A DNA stretch of 64,000 bases from Octopus bimaculoides (taxonomy: Eukaryota), in contig NC_068982.1 of the NCBI RefSeq assembly GCF_001194135.2, positions 10,968,617 through 11,032,616 on the forward strand. Reading direction: 5' to 3'. A program made the position numbers and the translations under genes. This document shows positions 12,381 through 24,117 of this stretch, piece by piece (the stretch's first letter is position 1; each line of letters starts with the position of its first letter). The notes below the pieces were generated by a model, which made no database searches, was not told where the DNA came from, and worked only from the letters and a program-made list of their open reading frames with translations.

Positions 12381-12506
12381 TTTATAATCATAAATATACA
12401 GAGATTAGCATGAGTTGCTTCACCAACATACTGAAAATTTAGAAATAGCAGTCAAAGAACTACTGATTCCAAACTACAAATTTTTTTCTCTAACGGATGG
12501 CGATAT
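12381..12506. repeat. Dispersed repeat (second copy at 59731-59848); this copy ends in a perfect hairpin
   Basis: caacatactgaaaatttagaaatagcagtcaaagaactactgatt is shared with 59765-59810. Confidence 0.85.
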
Positions 12507-12529
12507 AATATCGCCATCCGTTAGAGAAA

Positions 12530-12572
<43 letters not shown>

Positions 12573-12615
12573 TATTTACATCGGAGTAATGGCGCTAAGC
12601 AGTGTTTATGTATAA

Positions 12616-12855
12616 TCACAATTTAGGTTAGTTGAAATATGTTTGCCACATATTTCAACTGCTAAAGGCAAATACACTGCAGCAACCGTAGAGAAAAAAA
12701 ATCTCTCTTATGGGAGAGGGCGACACGGAACGAACTGGGTGTTTACACATCTTTTTACCATAAGAGATTTTTTTTTTCTCCGCGGTTACTGCAGTGTATT
12801 TGCCATTAGCAGTTGAAATATATGACAAACATATTTCAATTAACCTAAATTGTGA
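12616..12855. repeat. Fold-back (MITE-like) element with about 98-bp inverted arms and a 44-bp spacer
   Basis: Arms at 12616-12713 and 12758-12855 are reverse complements with few mismatches. TA-rich flanks. Confidence 0.85.
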
Positions 12856-12870
12856 ATATATATATATATA

Positions 12871-13259
12871 TTATTTTATTTGTTTCAGTCATTTGAATGT
12901 GACCATGCTGGAGCACCACCTTTAATTGAAGAAATCGACCCCAGGACTTATTCTTTGTAAGCCTAGTATTTATTCTATCGGTCTGTTTTGGCGATCACTA
13001 AGTTACAGGGCATAAACCCACCAGCATCAGCTTCTAGTGATGGTAGACACACACACACACAAACACACACACACATACATATATATACATACACACACAC
13101 ACACGACGGGCTTCTTTCAGTTTCCGTCTACCAAATCCACTCACAAGGCTTTGGTCGACCCGAGGGTATAGTAGAAGACACTTGCTTAATGGGTGCCACG
13201 CAGTCGGACTGAACCCGGAACCATGTGGTTGGTAAGCAATCTACTTACCACACAGCCAC
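12871..13259 (-). mobile_element. SINE family A, near full length
   Basis: Colinear match to 6843-7249 and 37781-38227. Confidence 0.9.
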
Positions 13260-13449
13260 ACAAACTTAGTGGATAAAAAATAAACAACATAATTGGTCAC
13301 ACAACTTCAGATCATCCCTATATATTCACACCGTAGAATATAAATAAATACTAAAATACCAAGATGTTTAGCACACAAAGCCCGAAAGTATAAAAATATA
13401 CATATATATACACATATAAATAAACGTGTGAAAACCTGTAAAAAAGCGT

Positions 13450-13712
13450 ATGAAGATAAAAATATATGAAGACACTGTAAATGTATATAGCGAGGTGATT
13501 AAAAATAATATAGTTAGACTACTAAATGTAAAATGAATCCGAGATAAAATCCATCGTCAGGTCCAAAAGGAATCTAGAATAATTTAAGAATTCTGGATAC
13601 CTTTTTCTTTTGGACTTGACGATGGATGTTGTCCCGGATTCACTTTACATTTGATAGTCTAACTATATTATTTTTAATCGCCTCGCTATATACATTCATA
13701 TATTTTTCATAT
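13450..13712. repeat. Fold-back inverted repeat (arms about 13450-13569 and 13607-13712)
   Basis: atgtatatagcgaggtgattaaaaataatatagttagact...ccatcgtcaggtccaaaag pairs with cttttggacttgacgatgg...agtctaactatattatttttaatcgcctcgctatatacat. Confidence 0.85.
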
Positions 13713-14084
13713 ATTTATTTATGTGTGTGTCCTCTCTCTCTCCATGTGATCGTTGTTCGGCCAAGCCTGACCTTTCTTTCTTGGTTCGACTACCATCCGT
13801 GCAACATCTATATTCCTCCCCATGCCTGTCATCTCTTATGTCCCTGCCGTGAGGCTTCACTTCCACGCACGCCAGCTTAATTTAATTCGTCCTTAGTCGA
13901 AAGACACCTGTTGTTAATGACCTGTTATTTGCATTTGTATTGGTGTACCATTTCTCCAGTTTTTTTCTGTTCTTGTTTTCGGATACATTCGCTGCTTTCT
14001 TCCAAGGAATCTAGTGCTCTTGGCTTAGTTTTTCCTAGGGGCTGGCCAGATGGGAGCAATCTTGAGTATAATCAGCCGAAATTG

Positions 14085-14200
14085 CAAAGATAGTCTGGAA
14101 CTCGACCGAGGAAAGAAAACTCCGAATGACCCGTCCTTGTTTTGTCTTGTCCCTTTTTTCTGCGTTCTTGTTTTACGTTCTTGTTACATTTTTTGTATTC
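14085..14200 (+). repeat. Dispersed repeat terminus, related to 58605-58745
   Basis: gatagtctggaactcgaccgaggaaagaaaactccgaatgacccgtcc vs gataatctggatctcgactgaagagagaaaactccgaatgacctgtcc. Confidence 0.7.
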
Positions 14201-14582
14201 CTTTATATATATGTGGGGGGGGGGGTTATACTTTCGGGCTTTCTGTGCCAAGTACCCCGGTATTTTAGTATGTATTTATATTCTACGGTGTGAATATATG
14301 GGGATGACTCGAAGTTGTATGACCAATTTATGTTGTTTATTTTTTTAACCACTAAGTTTGTCTTACTGTCTCGGTTTCTACTTGAGCACTTCTTTTTATA
14401 GCCTTGCACTTAATTTACTTTTCAATTCCTATAAGGAAAAACGGAATTTAAAATTATATATTTTGTAGCTGTGTATTATATACTGAATTTATATCGAATG
14501 CTCTATTGTATCAAAGTATTAATACTATTAAAGTATTTATGTATTTATGTATTTAATACGAGCGATTATATATATTTTGTAT

Positions 14583-14978
14583 GATATATTATTATTAATA
14601 TCAGGAAATCAATATTAGAAAATTCTTCAGAAATATATATACGTGTGTAAAATAAATATTGTATTAAAAATATAAATATATATAAATATATGTAAATATA
14701 TATGTAAATATATATGAAGAGCAGAAGTATTGTCTATAAATGCTTATCAATATAGGATTCCATTATACGGACAGCACTTCTTTCGAAACGATCGTAAGAT
14801 GCTTTAAAAACTTAATTCGAAACTTTTAAAATGTCATTATTATATATTTATACTTATACATATTTACATATATTTATATATATTTATATTTTTAATACAA
14901 TAATTATTTTACACACGTATATATCTTTCTGAAGAATTTTCTAATATTGATTTCCTGATACTAATAATAATATATTAT
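14583..14978. repeat. Inverted repeat (arms about 14583-14713 and 14845-14978) enclosing a degenerate hammerhead
   Basis: tcaggaaatcaatattagaaaattcttcagaaa...acgtgtgtaaaataa pairs with ttattttacacacgt...tttctgaagaattttctaatattgatttcctga. Confidence 0.85.
14714..14800 (+). ncRNA. Degenerate type I hammerhead motif (C3 position lost at the inversion junction)
   Basis: AUGAAGA-GCAGAAGUAUUGUC...GACAGCACUUCU-UUC-GAA-ACGAUCGU-A-AGAU. Stem III is a perfect 8-nt palindrome. Confidence 0.5.
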
Positions 14979-17900
14979 GTATATATACATCTCTAAGACA
15001 CACTGCTTCAGCAAACTCAGAAAATACGTTCTATACATGTTCCTTTATGAGATGTATGAAATGTTTTAAAACAGTTTGTTGTCTTCCTCACATTATTATT
15101 TGCGTCGGCAGAAGCTACAAATATGCGAGAAGCAGCCATTTAAGTTACTTCTAATTTAAATCATTCTTTCGTCTGGGGAAATTGAATGGAAAATTTTAAG
15201 TAATAAATACGTTGTTCATATTAATTAAACGTAATTTATAATGATAACTCCTATTGGCAACAAAATTAATTCCCGTATTTATGGACATCAATATTCAGGA
15301 CTGCTTCAAAATTGTTTTGATTAATAAAATCTTTTCTCTATATATTCACAAATATATATTGCAAACTTTTATTTCCCAAGAGAAAATGCAATCTGTTGAT
15401 GTTCACAATGATTTGAATATAATTTGAAACTAGAAAAAAATTCAAGCATTAAAACAAGTGGCCTTTGAAAATCTCGTCAAAATTGGAAACATATAACATA
15501 AAAGGCGTGATATTGATTTTTTGGAAATTTTATATGGAATATCTTGCTGATTATCTAAAAAAAAAAGTACATAAAGCACGAATAGAGCTAAGTACTGATT
15601 AAGTTAGAGGACTAATGGTAAACGTAAATGTCGGTAATTGACACTGAGTATTTGTAGCAGAGTAAGAAAGTTGTAAAAACAAAAAATAATCGAAATATTT
15701 TCGAAAATAATCAATTTTGTATCTTCTGCTTTATAATGCATTACACTAATACTGTGCATAACTTTTCAACAGAACGAACTCGGTAATTACACTAAGCAAA
15801 AATGTAAACATTTTTCTTACAGACATGAGAACTATGATTCTGAATTCAGATCTGATAACTAAATTTATTTATCACCTCCATATCTTGTGTAACCAAAGAC
15901 GGGCCTATTTCTTCTCTCTCTCCGGCTTCCATTACATATACAGACTATGTCAATTTTGTGTCATGTTTTATGTCAGCCATACTTAAATACTGTTAGCAAG
16001 GTTGCCCTTTCTTTTCTTCTGTTTTAAGACAACTTAATGTCTACTCAAAATATATAGACATCAAGTAGTTCCTATCGAAAGACAAATTCCTTTTGTTAAG
16101 TGAAACTTCGTTGTAGTCTCTTATTCACTCGTTAGTGAAATGAATTTTTTTTTTCTGTACGAATTAAAATATGCACCCATCATACTCTGATTGAAGTTTC
16201 TTAATATTTATTTTCCTTAATGGAAAACTGCTGCTGGAAATGCTCGCTCTGCTTGTCACTTACAACTGCAGAGTCAACAGTAAGACAAAATCTTTTGTCC
16301 TTTGAGTAGTAAAAAGAACTAACCTAACAATCCATACTTTTAACAAAATTCTCCAGGGGGCCATGTTTAATGCCTAGTGGGAGAATATGTGGCTTCACAG
16401 AATCAATCAGAATCAATCTTGTTCAGTTCCAAATGTCCTTTATGTTACTGTTACTATCACCGCTACTCCATTGGCACAAAAGTACATACACTTTATGTCG
16501 TTCAACTGTTAAACAAGAAATATTATTACCTTAAGGCTACCACAAATATCCTGTGTGTGCTCCTTGCATTTGATGAGACTCAGCAGTTGTTCCACGGATT
16601 CATATTAAGAGAAACAGCATGGGCTATAAATGTTTGATACTTTCTCATTTACATTTTTCAGTGGTACAGCTTAAAAATTCATTTTAACAGCGCCAGTATA
16701 AAGTCTCCAAACTTCCAGTCAATCTCTTGTACCACTCCATCTCTTGCAGCAAACCAAGATCGCTTATATCATTACAGAAACAAACACATTGTTCCTGTAA
16801 GGGAAAATAATGAACTCTTCATACGACGGTGACAAAAATAGGAAAGAATGGCTTCTCACTGAAGGAGATTCCGTTCTTGGAGTCTTTTTTAATTTGTGAA
16901 TTCCAAATCGCGCAACCAGTCGGTTAACTACACTTAATTTTATTGATAATAGTTATTACACGGATTTGGAACATACATGCTATGTTTCTCTATTTTCATA
17001 ATACCAACTGAATATTTTATTTAAGTTTGTTGTTGATGGAACTGGTTGTAGATTCGCTTCGTCATATTGTACTGGTTTAAAGGCTGATTTGCAGTTTGGG
17101 TAGTTGAATTTTGTTATAATTTCTTTGTGAAAACGGTTGCCGTTGCCATGCAAAAATATCCGTCATGGTAATAATATGTGGCCTCGTTACCAAATCATGA
17201 ATGATACCGTTGGCATAACAATTCCTTTCTTATTCAGCAAAGGTGTTAACATTGTATTGGAATTCTTACAACAATTATGTAACCAGTCTCGCTCTTGATG
17301 TACGACCTTATAACCAAAACTATTTTTAGTATTAGGTCATCAACATGGTTTCAAAATGTTAATATTTAAAGTTTTCAATTCGTTATATAATTTGAATATC
17401 ATAAACTAAAATGTTTGGTTCTGACGTTGCAGTTTTCCAGCTTTGTAAAACCTGTCTTTAGATTATATGTGTTGATTCAAATTAACTAACAATTAAAAAA
17501 ACTACCGGTGTTAATTTTTAAGCGGTATAATTTTTCTGCCTCCCTTTTCTACACTGTTCTATTTCTCATCTTGGTTAAACAAATTTTCTATGTATTTAAT
17601 TTCATATATAAATATTTCTATTCGTTTGTTATTTTCGGAATTTATACCTAAAATTTTTAATAAAAAATATTGACGTTGTACTTTGCTTCAGTATTCCTGG
17701 CCAATCGACCGATACACCGATACCGCAAATATACTTCGCCAGACAAAGTTTCTATAATACTTCTGCCAGCTAGGACTTCAAATATTAAAAATGAACATCA
17801 ACTGCAACGATTTCATTTAAATGAGAGTGAGAGAAAAGCTGATGGGCACTTACTTTCCTTCTCAGTATAACTTGTAAATCAATTAATTTTATATTTAATA

Positions 17901-19020
17901 TTACATCTTATATTCATAAACTCTATAAATACTATTATTGAAATGCCAACTTCTCTTACCTCCAGCAATATACGCTAGACTCACAAACTTCGTTCCTGAC
18001 ACTCATGCCAACATGAATAAAAATAAATGCATTTAAATACATTTGTAGTTAAAGATAGACTGGATAATTATTATTCTTTTTATTCTCATCACGTCTCAAT
18101 GTTATTCATTCGTCGTACACATTGGAGGATTATAAAACCTCGTATTTTTTCCCATTATTTTAGTTGTTTCCTTCTACCTGAAAAGCTGTCACGTTCATAG
18201 CTCTTTTATTTGACCGGTCCAAGTAACTTCCGGCTCCTTTCAAATGGTACCCTTTTGTTCAATAAAGGAAACGTCTATAGAACGAAAGCAATGAGAGCAG
18301 AAAATGTAATAATGTTCAGAGTTTAAAGCTTTCCATAAAATCACATTATTATTCACAATTCCAAATGTTTCCATTGCTTTTCTGTAAACATGTCACAGAA
18401 AATGTCACATGTCTTCTTACTAAATCAAAGCAAACGAGCTTTTAATAAAGGAGTAGCTTTTATCAAAAATACAGGCGTTCTCATCATATGCATCTGTGTG
18501 AAATGTAATTTTTATTTTCTTTACTAACCACAGAGTCAAATAGAAAGATAAAAGCATTTCTATTGTTTAAACTGACTTTTATATTTTCTAATGTTATAAA
18601 TATTTCTACAGGATTCTTTTATTCTCACGTTTGCGAACAGAGAACTTTCAGTTGCTTATAAAACAACAAAGCAAGCGTTTTACAGTTGAGATACGTCCTT
18701 GTGAAATCAATCGACACAAATTAAATTTCTATTTGTATTTAGTTCATTTCATTCATCATTAGTACTTTTGACGAAGTCATGAAATGCTCCTTATCCCACC
18801 TTTTAATCTTGAAGAATTTGTGGTTAACGTCTTATTTGATTCAATTAGACACTATATTGAAATATCTTAACCGGATAGTGAAATGTAATGCTAGTACAAA
18901 GCCAAACCAAGGGGAACATAATTTAATATATGATCTCGAAATGTATCAAACATTGTAGAAAACACTTGGTCACTCGGACACTAAGGTATTTGTTATATCC
19001 AGTTTATAAACCAGCGTTTA

Positions 19021-19207
19021 GGCAGAATCGTTAGCGTGCCGGGCGAAATGCTTAGTAGCATTTTGTCTGTCTTCACGTTCTGAGTTCAAATTTCGCCGAG
19101 GTCGACTTTGCTTTTCATCCTTTCGGGATCTATAAAATAAGTATCAGTTGATACATCATGAGGCCTCTCTCCTAATATTTTAGGCTTATGCCTATAGTAG
19201 AGAGAAT
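19021..19207 (+). mobile_element. SINE family B
   Basis: ggcagaatcgttagcgtgccgggcgaaatgcttag...gagttcaaatttcgccgaggtcgactttgcttttcatcc; B box is gagttcaaat. Confidence 0.9.
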
Positions 19208-20069
19208 TATTTCCATTTTAAACTATTTTATGGTAGACAGACTGGACTGCTTAAGTCTTTTGCAAAGATATGAACGCTGAAAATTCACTGTTTGGGGATT
19301 TAAAAAATATATTAAATTTCGAAAGTTTTATTGTATATTTTTCCCATATAAAGCTTTCATATTTTCAACTACCAAAGTATACATACTCTATGTTTAATAA
19401 ATCAATAAGTTTTTTTCGTTCATAGAGTCATATAACCAGATACTGAGGTTTATATTCGTTGGTTATTTGAATTTTATATCTGAAACGGGCATATAATCAC
19501 CAAATAGTGTCTCTTCAATTTCATTTTTCCATTGGAGATTTGTTATAATATTTCCTTTTTGTTTGTTGTTTTTGAAAAGCCTCATGATTTTGCGAGAAAT
19601 TAGTATTTTTACATCATTGCAGCTTTTGGAAAATTTTGTTTCCGTCAAAATTTATAGCTCAAGGAATCATACTTCAAAGTGACACGAATCTTCCTTCTTA
19701 ATTTTCTTCAAAATTTATCTCTTAATTTTTCCCACATTGCTAAAAGCTGTTTAGAAAGTAATGATTTATTTCACAAATATTTCCTTTTTTTTCTGTTATT
19801 TAAAGTATTTTCACTTTTTATATTTATGTTTTTTGAAATATCAAACAATCTTTCCAAAAATATTGGAATTTTGATAGAAATATAGAATTCGTTCATATTT
19901 CTATATTCGGAATATTTGGTGTTTCTAGTCATAACAGTTTGTTTAAACAATTATATATATATCTAATCTGATTGATGCGTATGGGTGTGTGTGTGTGTAT
20001 ATAGATGTATGTATGTGTGTGTATATGTGTGTATGTGTGTGTGTATGTATGTACGTATGCGTGTATGTG

Positions 20070-20826
20070 TGTTATTATTCAGTTTAATTTGAAGATTTCT
20101 TGCCAATAGAGAAAGACCCGGATTCTAACCTCGGTTCAAGGTTCCTTCATTGGAATTTCAACAATGTCAATTGGATATTTTTTGTTTGTATGTATGTATG
20201 TGCAGATTTGTATGTTTTGTTTTATCTATGTATTCTCATGCGTATAGTTGAATATCTAGACTTGCTCATACATACTTAAATGATAAACTCCTAGAACGTT
20301 TTACAGATTTTCACAGTTCCAATAAGTTTTGAGAAGCCTATTTTCTCAAGATTGGTATTTAGAAAGTGTGTTACATATCTCAGGGCCTCAAAATTTACAG
20401 GTATAAGCCTCAACTTGTAATCTGGATAGTATAACTGCAGATTTCTCAATAGTTCAGCATAGGTGTTTTTCATTGATCTTCAGCCTTATGTTAACATCCG
20501 CGGGGCAACTAATTTCCACAACCATGCACAGTTTCTCTTCTCTATCCCAAATCATTATATCAGGTCTGTTGTGCTTACATTTTATTGAGGTTTTTCACTG
20601 GTATATTCCACCAGTATTCCTTTTTATTATGAGTGTCTATGGCTTCTACCATACTGTGGGTTCTTATTTCTTTGTCCCGGGGTTTATCCTTCCGACGTAT
20701 TTCATGATAGAGTGTCTTAGCTGCTACATCATATCTTGTCGGTAGATAATACTGTGATGACATTTTCGGACAAGTGATTATGATGTGGGTGACATTTTCG
20801 GTGTTAACTCCACAAGGTCTGCATGT
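20070..20826 (-). pseudogene. 3' remnant of an R4/Dong-clade non-LTR retrotransposon (CCHC zinc knuckle, restriction-like endonuclease, 3' UTR), frameshifted
   Basis: Minus-strand translation gives CRPCGVNTENVTHIIITCPKMSSQYYLP (CX2CX8HX4C), KEYWWNIPV, KCKHNRPDIMIWDREEKLCMVVEISCPADVN (PD..E.S.P.D RLE motif) and TYAELLRNLQLYYPDYK...GTVKICKTF. Confidence 0.85.
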
Positions 20827-20877
20827 ATGTATCTCTGTATGTATGTTTACGTGCGTGTGTGTATATGTGTACGTATG

Positions 20878-20936
<59 letters not shown>

Positions 20937-20946
20937 NNNNNNNNNN

Positions 20947-20993
<47 letters not shown>

Positions 20994-21015
20994 GTGTGTG
21001 TATGTGTGTGTATGC
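20826..21015. repeat. (TG)n/(TATG)n microsatellite with a 10-N gap
   Basis: Direct reading. Confidence 0.95.
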
Positions 21016-22761
21016 TGACCGTCGAAAGGTTACTGTTTATCAACGAATGAGCAGCAATATAGAGTAGGTGATTATCTTAAAAGTATGTGACTCAAGTTTA
21101 TACCACAGCATCTCATGATTCAACTTTATATCACAGCGCTCGTCAGACGAGATATATATGTGCGCGCTTATATGTGTATATATGTATATGTGTGACGTGT
21201 GTGCGTGTGAGTATGGAAGACGCTAAATAAAAGTCTGGATTAAACAATGTATTAAGGATTATCTTTCACTTAATATCTATAAGGGATATGTCCTTGGAAT
21301 GGTCAAGTTTAGTAGCACTTTAGCAGAAAGAAATTAATCTAAAGCATATCCTCATGATGATTATGGAGTTGCTTTTTTTCAGTTTTTAATATGATATTCA
21401 TACAATTGAGATGAGACTTAATGTCTCATCTCAATTGAAGAAACTCGTATTTAAAAAATGCTTCATATTTCTAGGAAAATAACGTCAGCTAAATTCCATT
21501 CTTAATCCTTCAAGGCGCGTATATTTTCATTTTTGTGATGTTTACATACAAGATATCTTTGTCATACGAATAATTCTTTGTTAGTCAATCAAATAAATTG
21601 GATTTTAATATAACAGAACCAATCGGGTATCTAGTTGATAAGCTTTTTTATGGAGCTTTCATGTATTCAGATTTTATGAATGAAAGTTATACATACTGTA
21701 ATGCAGTCAAAATTTTCTGGAGATTTAATTAAAACGAATATGACCGAAAATTTTCTTTGATGTTGTTTGTTATATAGCATTATTGGTACCAAATCTGATA
21801 ATTTCCAACAATCAACGTAAACATCAGTGAAGTTAATAACTAGCTAATTTAAAAGACTATATAATCATTTGTTTATACTTTTCTGTACAAATCGATATAA
21901 AATACGAAGTTATTTTGCACTTTACTATGAGTTGCATAATCCATCGTTATGCTTATTATATAAAGCATAACTTATTAGCATATTTTTTAATTATTTAGCC
22001 GGGGTATGAATGATCGTGCCTTAGACATACACAGGCGCTCCCTGATCGAGTAAAACAGTATGCATGATATGCATGATACCTAGCCATCACCTATGTAGAG
22101 AAAAGGTGAAATGAAGAAAAAGGAAGAAACAACACAACCGTACACTTCATATAGATTTTTGTGTACCTCTATAAGAGAGTGACTGGTTTCAACATATTGA
22201 AAGAGAAATGCGAGAGAGGAAGCACAGGGAACAATTATAAGGAAGTAACTACGAAGGCCAGAACGACGACAGAGGTGATGGAAGAGTAAGAGCGCGTTAA
22301 ACAAGCGAGAAAGCAACACAGGAGAGGTAAGAGATAAGAGAGTAATGAGGGAGAAGTAGGTTCAGTCTGTTGCGCGTGTAGCGAAACTTTGTCTATGATT
22401 AGGTAGGTACGTGGGTGTCGGTATATGTGCGAAGCTTAGTCGGTAAGTAAGATAAAAGCAAATGAAGAGTTTTGGACATGTAGAATACCTATCTCTTCGG
22501 TGGTATTTAACAGTGATTGAACAAGGTCAAGATTAATCAATAGTCATGTAGTTTACCTTACATATATATNNNNNNNNNNNNNNNNNNNNNNNNNNNNNNN
22601 NNNNNNNNNNNNNNNNNNNNNNNNNNNNNNNNNNNNNNNNNNNNNNNNNNNNNNNNNNNNNNNNNNNNNNNNNNNNNNNNNNATGTATACCGGACTAAGC
22701 ACATAAAATGTGCAACAAGGTGGAAAAAAGAGTACTCAAATACCAGAGGTAGAGTAATATG

Positions 22762-22848
22762 CTTTATTTAAAAGCAGCAGAAATATAACAAAAGACTGTT
22801 ACTCGGAGTAACAGTCTTTCGTTATATTTCTGCTGCTTTTAAATAAAG
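22762..22848. repeat. Near-perfect 43-bp-arm hairpin, 1-nt loop, 1 mismatch
   Basis: ctttatttaaaagcagcagaaatataacaaaagactgttactc-g-gagtaacagtctttcgttatatttctgctgcttttaaataaag. Confidence 0.95.
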
Positions 22849-23604
22849 TACATATATATATATATGAAGGGTATTACTACACATAAATGCCTCACGTTAT
22901 GAGGGGACTCTTAAAGTCAAAACTACCATAATAAATACAGTGTACCGAACACGAGGGAATGCAACAGTTGAAGCGACCTCCTTAAAAATAGATTCAGCCG
23001 TAGATAATATGGTTTCATAATTAGTGCACAAAATACACTTTTTAATCGTCAGTGCAGGCATAATCAAGCCACATAAAAATGAATAAAAATCAGCATACCA
23101 AATGAACACCAAATGTATCTAACAAAGCACATTAGAGTTGTTCACTCGTATATATCTTTGTAAGAGGCGGGCTTTTCGAATTGCATCTCGGCACACGTGT
23201 ATATACGGAATATATCAGCACTGAATATATTCTGGTTACATTGAAAATTTAAAATAGGATAAAATCTTTATGAGAGTTTATCAAGTAGTCAGCGTGAAAA
23301 TTTATAATTTTGAATTTTATATATATATATTGGAAAATCTGTGAGATTCTTGGTACAGTTAGGTATATTTGAAAAAAGAAAAAGAATGACTTCACTTGTA
23401 TTTCTAATCAGTTTAATTCGTTATTTTTTAATTTTTTAATAATATAAATCTCAGTTCATAGATCTAGTAAATTTTTTGTTAACTTTGGTGTGGAGAATGT
23501 TTTTTTAAAACATTTTCTTGTTAACTTCTTTGGAGAACTTTCTCGCATTCGTTGCCAAACGGGTCTAAAGAACTGGGGTTTTGTGATTCTATAGATGAGA
23601 TTTG

Positions 23605-23975
23605 GATGTGATTGTACATACACGCATGCATTCATACATACATACATGCATGTATTCATACATGCATGCATACATATATACATTCATCCATGCATGCATA
23701 CATACATACATGTATGCATACATACATACACTCATGCATACATATATGCATGCATGCATACATACATACACACATATATACATACATACCTACATACATA
23801 CATGAATGCATACACACATGCATACATGCATGCATAGATAATGTATACATACATACCTGCATACATACATACATGCATGCATACATACATACATGCATAC
23901 ATAATGTATGCATACATACACGCACGCATACATACACACATACATACATACATATATACATGTACATACATACAT
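23605..23975. repeat. Complex (TACA)/(TGCA) tetranucleotide array
   Basis: Direct reading. Confidence 0.95.
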
Positions 23976-24117
23976 CTTTTTCTACGCATGAATGTAAATA
24001 TACTTTTGTGCATACGCGTCCGCATCTTGCTACTGAGTGTGTATACAGGTGTGGGTGTGCGAGTTTGTAGATGTTTGTTTATGTGTGTGTGTGTTGCACT
24101 GAGAGGCGTTTTTTTTT

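Noticed and set aside
14030-14140. Hammerhead-like ggctg...cagcc-gaaa-ttgcaa and ctgaaga-gag-aaaa-ctc-cgaa (also 58625)
   Set aside because: The first lacks CUGANGA, and the second lacks the A15.1-U16.1 pair and stem I. At most these are relics.
19450-19900. Possible retroelement ORF relic (also 23400-23590)
   Set aside because: Lys/Asn-rich fragments without a diagnostic motif.
20100-20165. Hammerhead-like hairpin in the R4 3' UTR (ccaatga...aacct/aggtt-agaatc)
   Set aside because: Both core halves deviate and stem I does not pair.
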